Shown one piece after another: positions 1 through 10,100 of a stretch of 64,000 nt of DNA. Origin of the DNA: Cenarchaeum sp. (GTDB lineage: Archaea; Thermoproteota; Nitrososphaeria; Nitrososphaerales; Nitrosopumilaceae); the NCBI GenBank assembly GCA_965212015.1, contig OZ243037.1:992001-1056000 (forward strand). Reading direction: 5' to 3'. Positions within the stretch are counted from its first letter, which is position 1; the number at the start of each line of letters is the position of its first letter. The notes beneath the pieces are model-generated. The model was not told the origin of the DNA, made no database searches, and saw only the letters and a list, made by a program, of their open reading frames with translations. Both the position numbers and the translations under genes were made by a program.

Positions 1-1
1 G

Positions 2-223
2 GAGAACGCAGGCGCCGAGATTCTGGGAATAATCGCGCATGATGCCGCAAAAAAAATCGGGGCGGCCAAGACCGTACAGATAGACACCACGGCAAAGTCG
101 GCCCGCGCCGTGGCATTGCAGACTGCCGAGGCGCTTGCAGGCAAAAAGGGCGGCGACGCAGTGGACTGGCTGTCGCTGGTCTCGCAGAAAAACGACCTGG
201 CGGAATTTTTTTCCTACGATTAA
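2..223 (+). CDS. C-terminal part of an AK6/Fap7-type adenylate/nucleoside kinase (5' truncated by window edge)
   Basis: Manual translation ENAGAEILGIIAHDA...QIDTTAK...VDWLSLV...FFSYD* resembles the C-terminus of archaeal AK6 kinases. Confidence 0.6.
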   Translation, partial: ENAGAEILGIIAHDAAKKIGAAKTVQIDTTAKSARAVALQTAEALAGKKGGDAVDWLSLVSQKNDLAEFFSYD

Positions 224-249
224 ATAATGCGGGGGGGTGGTGTCTGGTA

Positions 250-1758
250 GTGTTTGAGATACTAAAAAGCGATCTGGCAGGCAGGATAGGCGCGCTTTAC
301 ACAAACCACGGCAGGGTAGAGACGCCGGCATACGTCCCGGTAATCCACCCCGTAAGGCAGGCGATTCCGGCCGCCGTGATTGGCGACATGGGATTTGACA
401 TGGTAATCACAAACGCGTACATTGCAAGAAAAAACTATGGCAGTGACGCAGGCCGTAAAAAAATCCACGACATTATCGGCTTTGACGGGGCGGTAATGAC
501 TGATTCGGGCGGGTACCAGGTGCTCGAGTACGGCGACGTGGACGTCACGCCAGAAGAGATGGCGGCCTTTGAGACTCGAATCGGCTCGGATGTTGCAATT
601 CCGCTTGACAAGCCCACCGGATACGGCCTCTCAAAAAAACAGGCAGGCCAGTTCGTGGACCACACGCTACAGGTCTCAAAAAACACCCTGGCAGACAGCG
701 GCGATGACGGGCAGATCTGGGCAGGACCCATCCAGGGCGGCGAGCACCTGGAGCTGGTAAGAAAATCCACAAAGGCCCTGGTGGGATACGGCTTTGAAAT
801 GCTGGCACTTGGCAGCCCGGTGGAGTTTATGGAATCCTACCAGTTCAGGCTTTTGGCAGATATGATAGTGGCAGCAAGGGGGCACATGCCGGCGTCCGTA
901 CCGCTGCACCTGTTCGGCGCCGGCCACCCGCTGACAATCCCCTTTGCGGTGGCCCTGGGATGCGACACCTTTGACTCTGCATCATACATGCTATACGCAA
1001 AACAGGACAGGTACATCACCGATGACAGGACAAGGCACGTATCGGAGATGGGCTATTTCTCATGCAACTGCAAGGTGTGCTCGGCCTTTACCCCCAAGGA
1101 GCTAATGCAGCTGGAGGGGCGGCAGAGGACAAACGAGATTGCGCTCCACAACCTGTACTCCATAAAGTCCGAAGTCGACAGGGTAAAGGAGTCAATCTGC
1201 GAGGGCCGCCTGTGGGAGTATGTGATGAAAAAGATGAGGTCGCATCCCAGGCTCTTTGAGGTAATAGACGTGTTTGTGCAAAACGGCGGGGGCTTTGCCG
1301 CCACCACCCCGAGGTTCAAGGAAAAGGCGGTGTTTCTCTTTTCCAAGGAGGACCAGTTCAGGCCCGAGGTCCTGGAATACCACAGGACGGTGCGGAGATT
1401 TTCCACGAAAAAAAGAATCCTGTGCGTCACCAGGGTCACACAGCTAAAGCCGGCATACCTGTCGCCCCAGTATACAGCCCTGAGAAAGAAATTCAGGGAT
1501 GCAGACGCAGTACAGTTCTGCCAGTACAACCCGTTTCTGGGAATAATACCAGTAGAGATTTCAGACGTATATCCGGCCGCCCACCACCTCACAAGCAGGA
1601 CTGTCCTTGATCCCGCCGACTTTGCAGAGTTTGAAAAGACGTGGAGGATTTTCCTTGAGAAAAACGACTTTGCAGAGATGTACTTTGACAAGAAGGATCA
1701 TTTCCTGGGATATTTTGCAAGGCTTGCCCCAAAGACGATACGCAAAAAGTCGCTCTAA
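250..1758 (+). CDS. tgtA: archaeosine tRNA-guanine(15) transglycosylase
   Basis: ETPAYVPV, MTDSGGYQ, HLFGAGHP, GCDTFDSASY, Zn-binding CNCKVC...HN motifs. Confidence 0.95.
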   Translation: MFEILKSDLAGRIGALYTNHGRVETPAYVPVIHPVRQAIPAAVIGDMGFDMVITNAYIARKNYGSDAGRKKIHDIIGFDGAVMTDSGGYQVLEYGDVDVTPEEMAAFETRIGSDVAIPLDKPTGYGLSKKQAGQFVDHTLQVSKNTLADSGDDGQIWAGPIQGGEHLELVRKSTKALVGYGFEMLALGSPVEFMESYQFRLLADMIVAARGHMPASVPLHLFGAGHPLTIPFAVALGCDTFDSASYMLYAKQDRYITDDRTRHVSEMGYFSCNCKVCSAFTPKELMQLEGRQRTNEIALHNLYSIKSEVDRVKESICEGRLWEYVMKKMRSHPRLFEVIDVFVQNGGGFAATTPRFKEKAVFLFSKEDQFRPEVLEYHRTVRRFSTKKRILCVTRVTQLKPAYLSPQYTALRKKFRDADAVQFCQYNPFLGIIPVEISDVYPAAHHLTSRTVLDPADFAEFEKTWRIFLEKNDFAEMYFDKKDHFLGYFARLAPKTIRKKSL

Positions 1759-1794
1759 AAAATAAAAAAGAAAAAAAAGATCTGGGTGCCGTCT

Positions 1795-2097
1795 CTATAG
1801 GGCGGCGTCTTCTGCCCAGCCTTTGACGAATACCCCGTTCTTGTGCAGAGGCACAGGTTGTCCTGCGGTGTAATTCATCGGTCTCATCCAAAAGATGGAT
1901 TTTGTTGGACAAACTCCAATACATGCACCGTCTGAGATGCATCTTTCTGGATAAAAGACGAATGCTTTACCCCTCTTCCAGCCCTCAACGGGCTTTACAC
2001 GAAGTACGTCCGGACCCAGAGTTGTACAGATTTCAACGCATAGTGCGCATCCGATACATCTCTGCTCGTCAATATCTGGAAGTATTGCTATAGGCAT
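1795..2097 (-). CDS. 2x[4Fe-4S] ferredoxin
   Basis: CIGCALCVEIC and CISDGACIGVCP cluster motifs. Confidence 0.92.
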   Translation of the reverse strand: MPIAILPDIDEQRCIGCALCVEICTTLGPDVLRVKPVEGWKRGKAFVFYPERCISDGACIGVCPTKSIFWMRPMNYTAGQPVPLHKNGVFVKGWAEDAAL

Positions 2098-2256
2098 TAC
2101 AGCATGTATAGCGTCGGGTTGCTATTTAAACCATAATCAAAAACCATAACAGGGTTATTTTTAGATCGCACCCCGCCGAAACTCTGGCAAATTCTACAGG
2201 TCCCCCTCACAGCCGATTAAAAAATGAAAAAACAGGGAAAAACGTGGATCTCACGT

Positions 2257-2469
2257 TTATTTTCTCATAGCGTCGATCTGACCGGATGTGACCCAGTCGA
2301 GAAGCTCAGCCGAAGTAGGATTAAGGTCTGCCTTTTTTGCCATTAGATTGGCAACCCATATCCAATTAATTTGGTTTAAGAGTGGTTTGTTGCTTTCATC
2401 GCCCGCACGTACCTTAGATACTAGTGCCGGGTCTTGTGACTTTAGCCAATCTTGGTAACTTCTGCCCAT
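2257..2469 (-). CDS. small conserved thaumarchaeal hypothetical protein (70 aa)
   Basis: Clean ORF with AT-rich promoter-like upstream region and a T-rich tract downstream on the minus strand; resembles Nitrosopumilus hypothetical proteins. Confidence 0.75.
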   Translation of the reverse strand: MGRSYQDWLKSQDPALVSKVRAGDESNKPLLNQINWIWVANLMAKKADLNPTSAELLDWVTSGQIDAMRK

Positions 2470-2580
2470 AGGGGTGGATTCTTAGCTAACACTAATTAAA
2501 GCTTTTGAAGATTTCACCGATCAGGGAACGATCCACGTAAATAGTGAAGGTTTTAAGGCCAACAAAATCCATCTCAAGCC

Positions 2581-3846
2581 TTGAATGTAAAAGTGCTGGG
2601 GGCAGCCGGCGAGGTAGGCCGATCGGGCTTTCTGGTGGACTGCGACGGCACCAGGCTCCTGCTGGACTATGGCGTGCTGTTTGGGAGAAGGGACAAGCCT
2701 CCCCAGTACCCGCTGCACGTAAAGCCAAGGGACGTGGATTCCATAATCATAACGCACGCGCACCTGGATCACTCCGGATACGTGCCTGCCATGTACATCA
2801 GCGGAAACACCAACGTGTATGCCACCTCGCCTACCATGGAGCTCAGCCAGATGCTAATAGAGGACATGCTAAAGATCGAGAAATACGCGCACCCGTTTGG
2901 CGTCCCCGAGGTAAACAACATGGTGCGCAACTTCAAGGAGGTGCGGTACAAGGAAAAGATCAGGCGCGGAAACGCGACTTTTGAGCTAAGAGAGTCGGGC
3001 CACGTCATAGGCGGCGGCTCGGTTCTTGTGGAATCGAACAACAGGAGGCTGTTTTACACCGGCGACATACACGTAAGGGGGTCAAGGATGCTGCGCAATG
3101 CGGATCTGGACGTGGGCGAGATTGACATGCTGATTACCGAGAGCACGTACTCGCAGACAAAACAGAGCCCGCGGCAAGAGTCGGAGAAAAAGCTGGTGGA
3201 CTTTGCAAACGAGGTGCTCGACAGGAAGGGGACGCTGTTTGTCCCGTCGTTTTCAGTCGAGCGCTCACAGGAGGTGGCGTGCGTGCTAAAGAACGCCGGA
3301 TTCAAGCACAAGATAATCATGGACGGCATGGCGCTAAAGGTGAACAAGATCATGATGCGCCATCCAGAGTATCTGAGGGATCCCAAGGTGTTCTCAGATG
3401 CGATAAACCGCGTAGTCTCGATAAAGGATCAAAGGCACCGGAAAAAGGCGCTAAGCGAGCCGTGCGTGGTAATCTCGCCTGCCGGAATGCTAGTCGGGGG
3501 AAACGCCGTGTACTATCTGCAAGAGCTTGCGTTTGATCCCAAAAATGCAATCGCCCTGGTGTCGTACCAGGGAGAGGGGACCCCGGGCAAAAAGCTGCTA
3601 GACACCGGAAAGGTCACGACGCGCAACCGCGAGCTAAAGGTGACAGCCGAGGTGAAAAGGTTCGAGTTCTCCGGGCACTCTGACAGAACAGAGCTGTTTG
3701 AGATGATAAAGGGCATAAGGGGGAACCCAAAGGTGCTCACGGTGCACGGCGACAGCGAGTCGTGCGAGGTTTTTGCCCGCGAGATAAAAGAAAAATTCGG
3801 CCTTGATGCGCATGCGGCACAGATAGATGAAGTTGCCACAGTCTAG
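2581..3846 (+). CDS. MBL-fold beta-CASP ribonuclease (aCPSF-like)
   Basis: GAAGEVGRS, THAHLDHSG, GHVIGG, YTGD, ESTY, FSGHSD, VHGD motifs. Confidence 0.92.
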   Translation: MNVKVLGAAGEVGRSGFLVDCDGTRLLLDYGVLFGRRDKPPQYPLHVKPRDVDSIIITHAHLDHSGYVPAMYISGNTNVYATSPTMELSQMLIEDMLKIEKYAHPFGVPEVNNMVRNFKEVRYKEKIRRGNATFELRESGHVIGGGSVLVESNNRRLFYTGDIHVRGSRMLRNADLDVGEIDMLITESTYSQTKQSPRQESEKKLVDFANEVLDRKGTLFVPSFSVERSQEVACVLKNAGFKHKIIMDGMALKVNKIMMRHPEYLRDPKVFSDAINRVVSIKDQRHRKKALSEPCVVISPAGMLVGGNAVYYLQELAFDPKNAIALVSYQGEGTPGKKLLDTGKVTTRNRELKVTAEVKRFEFSGHSDRTELFEMIKGIRGNPKVLTVHGDSESCEVFAREIKEKFGLDAHAAQIDEVATV

Positions 3847-4672
3847 CATCGACATTGACGACACCGTAAACAGCGGCCAGGTGTTCCTGTGGGAGCGCCG
3901 GGACGGCTCGTGGTTTGGAATAGACGGGAACAACGTCATCAGGGCATCGGGGGATCCGCCGGAGATAGAGTCCATAAACCATACAGAAGGCGAGTTCTTC
4001 CGCCTCGGCGACGATATCGGGGGGATTCTCTCGAGCATATCTGCCGACAGGACGGTAAGGGACGCAGTAAGGGGAGCCCCGGGGCTGAGGCTGCTAAGGC
4101 AGGATCCATTCCAGTGCTATATCTCCTTTATAGTGTCGGCAAACTCGAATATCCGGAACATCAGGGGCAGCCTGCAAAAGCTCTGCGGGAGGTACGGCAG
4201 GAGAGTCGAGTATTGCAAAAAAGAGTTCCGTCTCTTTCCGACTGCCCAGAGGCTGTCCGGCGCAGGCATGGCCGGCCTGCTAGAGTGCGGCCTCGGGTAC
4301 CGGGCAAAGTTCGTCAGGCAGGCCTCAAGGGACGTCGCATCAGGCAGGATTGACCTCGGGGCGCTAAGGGGCGCGGACTATTACTGCGCAAGAGAAGGCC
4401 TGACTGGCGTGCCGGGGATAGGCGGCAAGGTTGCAGACTGCATCATGCTGTTTGCCCTAGACAAGCTAGAGGCGTTTCCGCTTGACAGGTGGATGTACAG
4501 GATTCTGGCAAAATACTATCCGGGGCTCGCCCCCGACGGACCTCTTGGCCCGAAAAGATACCACAGTATGCACGAGAGGATTGCCGGCCATTTCGGCCCG
4601 TACGCAGGATACGCGCAGCAGTTTCTCTTCAAGATGGAAAGAGACGCGCAGCAAAAAAAATGGCTCCAATAA
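3827..4672 (+). CDS. 8-oxoguanine DNA glycosylase (OGG1-like, HhH-GPD)
   Basis: SGQVF, LRLLRQDP, GLGYRAK, PGIGGKVADCI...FPLD, GPYAGYAQQFLF. Confidence 0.9.
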   Translation: MKLPQSSIDIDDTVNSGQVFLWERRDGSWFGIDGNNVIRASGDPPEIESINHTEGEFFRLGDDIGGILSSISADRTVRDAVRGAPGLRLLRQDPFQCYISFIVSANSNIRNIRGSLQKLCGRYGRRVEYCKKEFRLFPTAQRLSGAGMAGLLECGLGYRAKFVRQASRDVASGRIDLGALRGADYYCAREGLTGVPGIGGKVADCIMLFALDKLEAFPLDRWMYRILAKYYPGLAPDGPLGPKRYHSMHERIAGHFGPYAGYAQQFLFKMERDAQQKKWLQ

Positions 4673-4720
4673 AGCCTGAAAGTGAAATGACTTAAATTAT
4701 TGGATTACAGATTTCAGGCC

Positions 4721-5701
4721 ATGATGACAGATGCCTCCGGCGCCACGCTGCTAGAGAGAAAGGATACGCCAAAGACGCCGGACAAAAAGACAAGCTTCGA
4801 CGTCATAATCATCGGCGCCGGGCCGGCGGGATACACCGCCGGAATCTATTGCTCGAGGGCGCGCAGGGACACGCTTGTTCTTTCGGGGATTCTGCCGGGG
4901 GGGCAGCTGGTAAACACCACGGACGTGGAGAACTATCCGGGGTTTGAAAACGGCGTAATGGGCCCCGACCTGATGATAATAATGAGAAAGCAGACAGAGA
5001 GGATGGGCACCACGATAATCGACGACGAGGTCGTAAATGTCGATTTCAGGCGCAGGCCGTTTAAGGTCCTGACGGCGCAGGAGGAATACGAGGCAAAGGC
5101 CGTAATCATCGGGACCGGCGCCAATCCAAGAAAGCTCGGGGTGCAAGGCGAGCAGTCCCTGGCAGGAAAGGGCGTCTCGTACTGTGCCACGTGCGACGGG
5201 CCGTTTTTCAAAAACCAGGAGCTAATAGTGGTCGGAGGCGGGGATTCGGCCATGGAGGAGGCCACGTTTCTGACAAAGTTTGCATCCAGGGTGCACCTGG
5301 TGCACAGAAGGGACGAGCTGAGGGCAAGCAAGGTGATGCAAGAGCGCCTGCTAGACGACGAAAAGGTGGTGCTGCATTTGAGCTCCAAAGTCAAGGAGAT
5401 ACAGGGAGACGGCAAGGTCAGCAGGGTAGTCCTAAAGTCAAAGTCAGGCGAGACCACGCTGGATGTGGGCGGCGTGTTTGTGGCAATAGGCCACGAGCCC
5501 AATACAAAGCTCTTCGGGGGCCAGATAGATACCGACGAGCTGGGATACATCAGGGTGAATGGCAGCAGGACCAGCGTCGAGGGGGTCTTTGCCGCAGGCG
5601 ACGTGCACGACAGCAGGTACAGGCAGGCAGTTACCGCGGCCGGATACGGCTGCATGGCGGCAATCGACGCAGACAAGTATCTTTCAGAACACTCTGGCTG
5701 A
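4721..5701 (+). CDS. trxB: thioredoxin-disulfide reductase
   Basis: GAGPAG, GGQL, CATCDG, GGGDSAMEEA, FAAGD, YRQAVTAAG. Confidence 0.96.
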   Translation: MMTDASGATLLERKDTPKTPDKKTSFDVIIIGAGPAGYTAGIYCSRARRDTLVLSGILPGGQLVNTTDVENYPGFENGVMGPDLMIIMRKQTERMGTTIIDDEVVNVDFRRRPFKVLTAQEEYEAKAVIIGTGANPRKLGVQGEQSLAGKGVSYCATCDGPFFKNQELIVVGGGDSAMEEATFLTKFASRVHLVHRRDELRASKVMQERLLDDEKVVLHLSSKVKEIQGDGKVSRVVLKSKSGETTLDVGGVFVAIGHEPNTKLFGGQIDTDELGYIRVNGSRTSVEGVFAAGDVHDSRYRQAVTAAGYGCMAAIDADKYLSEHSG

Positions 5702-6673
5702 TCACATGTACGCAGAATCAGATAGGTGTCTTGCGTTTTGCAGCGCGCCTTCAAACTCGGCCGAGTCCATTATGTTTTGCTGCGCATAGATGCTCTTGAA
5801 CTTGCGGCCGTCGTCGGCAAAGATTCCAACGGTGCACGAGCCGCCGTCAATGCCGTATTTTTTCATGCACGCATACACTGCGGCAGACGACGGGCTGATC
5901 AGGAGGCGGTCCTTTTCGTACACCTCCCTGACGGCCCCGAATGCCTGCGCGTTTGTCACGGACACCCAGTCATCCACTATGCCCTCGCGCCTCAAAAACA
6001 GATCCGGCTTTGCGGATTCCTCAAAGTTTCTCCAGCCCTGTATGAGGTGGTTTTGCTGCGGCTGGCAGCCGATTATCCTTACGTCGGGGTTTTTTTCCTT
6101 GAGGTACGTGCCCACCCCCGTGATCGTCCCCCCCGTTCCGACGCCCGTAAAAAAATGCGTTATTTTGCCTCCGGTCTGCCTCCAGATTTCGGGCCCCGTT
6201 CCGGCATAGTGGCCCATAAAGTTCGCCTCGTTTGCATACTGGTTTGGGGAATAGTACGTGTCAGGCCTGGAGGAGGCAATCGACGTGGCAAGCGCTATGC
6301 TTTGATCGGTGCCTGCACCTACCTTGGGGCAGAGATCATCGCTTGTCTCATAGACCTTGGCGCCCAGATTCCTTATAATGTCCTTAGTCTCGCTGCTGGC
6401 CTTTTCGGGGATTACAATCTCCACCTTGTAGCCCAGAAGATTTGCAATGCCGGTCAGCGCGATTCCGGTGTTGCCCGAGGTAGGCTCGATTATTATGCTG
6501 TGATTCCTCCTTAGGATCTTTTTGTCCTCGCCGTCTTTGATCATCCAGAATGCCGCCCTGTCCTTGACGGAGCCAAACGGGTTGTGGCCCTCCAGCTTTG
6601 CGTGATACGTCCTTGTGCCGTCAGAAAGGGAGTCAAGCATTACAAGCGGGGTGTTGCCCACCTTTTCTAGCAC
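5702..6673 (-). CDS. PLP-dependent cysteine synthase family protein
   Basis: VGNTPLV, KLEGHNPFGSVKDR, EPTSGNTG, GVGTGGT. Confidence 0.92.
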   Translation of the reverse strand: MLEKVGNTPLVMLDSLSDGTRTYHAKLEGHNPFGSVKDRAAFWMIKDGEDKKILRRNHSIIIEPTSGNTGIALTGIANLLGYKVEIVIPEKASSETKDIIRNLGAKVYETSDDLCPKVGAGTDQSIALATSIASSRPDTYYSPNQYANEANFMGHYAGTGPEIWRQTGGKITHFFTGVGTGGTITGVGTYLKEKNPDVRIIGCQPQQNHLIQGWRNFEESAKPDLFLRREGIVDDWVSVTNAQAFGAVREVYEKDRLLISPSSAAVYACMKKYGIDGGSCTVGIFADDGRKFKSIYAQQNIMDSAEFEGALQNARHLSDSAYM

Positions 6674-6697
6674 GTCAGTTGCAGCCTTTGTAGCCAG

Positions 6698-6943
6698 CTA
6701 TCTCACCTTTTTGATTGAAAATTCCAGTACGGTGCCGTTTTTCTTCATTTCCAGCAGTTCGTGGCCGTTTCTAGTCGTCCACCTCGAAATGTCCTCCTCT
6801 GCTGCGGGATCGTCGGCTAGCACCAAAAGCACGTCGCCTACCTGCATCCGCTCAATCTCCATCTTTGTCCTAAACACGGGCTCCGGGCAGAACAGTCCCG
6901 TGGCATCGAGTTTTTTTGGCGCGGCTTGTGACATTTCTAGCAT
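6698..6943 (-). CDS. tusA: TusA/SirA-family sulfur carrier
   Basis: LDATGLFCPEP...LADDPAAEEDI motif; co-oriented with cysteine synthase. Confidence 0.9.
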   Translation of the reverse strand: MLEMSQAAPKKLDATGLFCPEPVFRTKMEIERMQVGDVLLVLADDPAAEEDISRWTTRNGHELLEMKKNGTVLEFSIKKVR

Positions 6944-6997
6944 GTTTGGGCACGGTCTATATTAAAAGCTATTCGGGTTTTCCGGGCCGCAGGCCGA

Positions 6998-7038
6998 GTT
7001 CAGGAGGGATGTTTGGATCCGCAGGCACGAAACCTAAC
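6998..7038 (+). repeat. partial copy of the 60-bp palindromic dispersed repeat
   Basis: GTTCAGGAGGGATGTTTGGATCCGCAGGCACGAAACCTAAC is 35/41 identical to 14421-14461, with a 17-bp exact core TTTGGATCCGCAGGCAC. Confidence 0.85.
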
Positions 7039-7128
7039 TGCCGGCTTTTCCCGAGTTGTTTCTCAAGTTCACTGCCATTCTGCGAGATGTCCGGTACGTG
7101 CCTGCAAAAACCATCATGTTCGTGCCAG

Positions 7129-10100
7129 TCACTGCCGTCCGTCATGCGAAGTGACGTACGCCCTGCCATACACGGAATCACGCAGCTCCTCCATCTGAAT
7201 AATGTGCGCGTCGCGCTTTTGGGCAAAGGCGTCGCACGCACGATTGTCCTCGTCGGTACACGCACTCGACATGTCGACTGGCGGCGCATCCACGTACGAC
7301 CACGTGCCAAACGCGTTCTTTGTCCACTGGTGTCCCAGCTGGTCGGTCCACACGTCTGCAAGCTTGTCGGTCCGAGTCAGGTGCAGCTTTACTGCGTCGC
7401 CCTGGTTTGAGTGCCTCTCGCTGAGCTCGTGCGTGGGGGGCACGTTTAGCGAGTCGCCAAACACCAGCAGCCCCTCGTTCATATAGTGGGTGGTGCCGCG
7501 CCTCTTTGAGTCCAGCGCGTTTATTGCAAACGGCTCGTCGTACAGCGTCTCGCGGAACAGTACGCCATCTATGTTCAGCCGCACGCACAGGTTGTTTTCG
7601 TCTGTAGGCAGGCATTTTACGCGCGATATCTCAAATGTGGCGTCCTCGCCTATCACGCGATTCTCGTTTGAATATTCCACAGAGTCTATCATGTACGTGG
7701 AGTTTATGGAATAGTCGCGTATCAGGTTTACGTTAATCTGCGCCTCTGCAGCATTCAGGGGCGAGCCTATTCCGGGCATGCCAAAGCCGATGTTAAACGA
7801 GCGCAGGCCGTTTTGTGCGTACGCCGTTAGCGCAAAGTCGTGAAGCGAGTCGGTCTCTATGGTATTGCGTTTGTAATCGACGTGATAGTCAGTTACGTCG
7901 CGGCAGACATTGTCCATGGAATAGCCGCAGTCCACTATTTTTTGGCCAGTCGTGTACGACTTGCCAAACGTCGGCTTTGTCCTCCACTGCGTGTCGTCAT
8001 CGCCTCCTCCCGAGCACGGTTCAAAGACAATGGTGGTAACCGTGACGGGCATGCTGCCGTCCTCGCCGGTGGTAGTGGTAGTTATGGTAAGCATCTGATC
8101 TGCCAGATCACTGCAGGCATAGTCCTCATCGGCAGTCGAGACAAGCATCGCCGTTCGTACGCCCTCCACATCAACAAACATCAAATCGAATAGGGCGTTA
8201 CCGTCACCGTCATCACCGGCGCCGGTAAGTTCCGGCTCGTACGTCACTGCGGTAAAGGTGGCATTATCCGGGGCACCCAGACTGCTTGCCGGGATGCTAA
8301 AGCCATCAGCTGTAGTCGCATCCAGCGTGATTACATCAGAGACCCGGATGTAGAGCGTGCCCAGAAATTCAGTGGTGGATACGCCGGGGCGCAGAAGAGC
8401 AGTATATTCAATGGTATAGTCTTCAGTCGCACCGGTGGGCGGCACCAGGTCAAGCGGTATGGTGCCGGACAGCCTCAGGTCGGAAGGATTCCGGTTTATG
8501 ATATTTCCGTGGCTCAGCCCGAGGGTCGCTAGCATCTCTTCGGCCACTTCGTCCAATACGAGGTCATAATTGACATTATCGGGCGTTATTGGAAACTGTA
8601 TGTCCACAGTGTCGCCGGGCGAATATACTGCTGAAAAGTTGCCGACAGTCGGGGCAAACGTCGTAAGGGTATAGAGGTTTGTGGCCCTTGCAACTACATC
8701 GCCTGCCTGTGCTGCCATTCCGTCCCTGGGACCGCCTATGGCAAGATCGCCCGGATTCATCGTGACGGAGCCTGACGTGGCGCGCAGCTCTGCTATAAAG
8801 TTCCATGTTTGGTTGCCTACAAAGTTCCTAGAGGGAATCGCCTCATCAGTGCCAGTTAAATCACCTTCAACACGGTAAAGGCCCATCAGATCGTTCTCAC
8901 GGTTGCCGCTACCGGGATTATGATGGGGGAATCCGGGCGGTGAGGGCAGCTGGTCACCCGGGAAAAAGAACTCTTCCCCGTTTGGAGCATCAATGGTTAT
9001 ACTGTCAAAAAACTCTTGTGCCGAGATCACCGAATTATGGCCTATCAGCACCCTCTTTGTAATGTCGGCAAACGATATGGAGGGCTGGGTGGAAGATGCA
9101 GTCGTCACTTGCAAACTCGAGAGGTGCGAGCCGTCACACACCAGATAATCGATGGTGGCCGTACCGCTGTTGCCAGTCGACGTAAAGGTCGCAAGGCCCG
9201 TATCGGAATCAATCGCAAGGGAGTCCGGAGTGATGGCGTTGCCTGCCAGGCCCGCAAAGGAGTACGTCAGGGTGTCCTCGGCATCGGTATCGCTGGTATA
9301 CAGGGAGAGATCCAGCTGTGTGGCAGTTCTGGCAAGCGGAATGTCCATGTTGTTCACGTTTGAGGGAAGGTCGTTGGGCGATCTTGCATTGTTGAATACA
9401 CTAACGGTATAGTCGCGCGAGACATCATCGGTATTATCGCTATCAAAGCCGTCATCAGATACCGTCACGGTAAACTCCACGCTGCCCTGCTCGAAGCACC
9501 TTGCGGGGGTATCCATGCTATCAAAAAGGGGCGAGTTGTCCTGCGGGACAATACCGGAGAGCTGTCCCGTGGCGGAATCTATGCTCAGCCAGCCCGGATG
9601 GTTCGAGAGGCTGTATTCCAGTACTGCGCCCGGGTCGTCATCGGATCCCGGAACCGGGGCCAATTCAGAGACGTCACTGTCCTCCGTAAAGCCAAAGTTC
9701 AGGTCCCCAAGCTCGGGAAGCGCCGTGTTTGTCGCAAACGCCAGAATGCCATTGCTGCTGCGTTCTGTAACGTATAGGATCCTAGAGTCCGAACCGAACT
9801 CCATCCCCGTTACCTGTGCGCTGGTTAGCGGCTGCCGCGCCCCCAAAAGGGTCAGATCACTCACGTCATGGGCGGTGCCGAGCGAATATGCATAGATATT
9901 GCGAAAGCTGTTGACTGCCTGCCCGCCCAGGACGTACAGTATGGAGCCGTCATCGGTGATTTCAGATCCGGTCGGGCGGCCATCGGGCAGAGGGGAACTT
10001 ACGGGAGGTGCAGAGATGCTTGTCAGGAAAAAGGGACCGCCTAGCGTGTACCCGTATATGCGGTCGTTTTCGGCGCCTACCACGTACATGTGCAGGCCGT

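Noticed and set aside
231-237. G7 run between TATA-like sequence and the tgtA start
   Set aside because: Too short for frequent slippage and in a housekeeping gene; noted as a caveat that G-rich spacers occur in this genome
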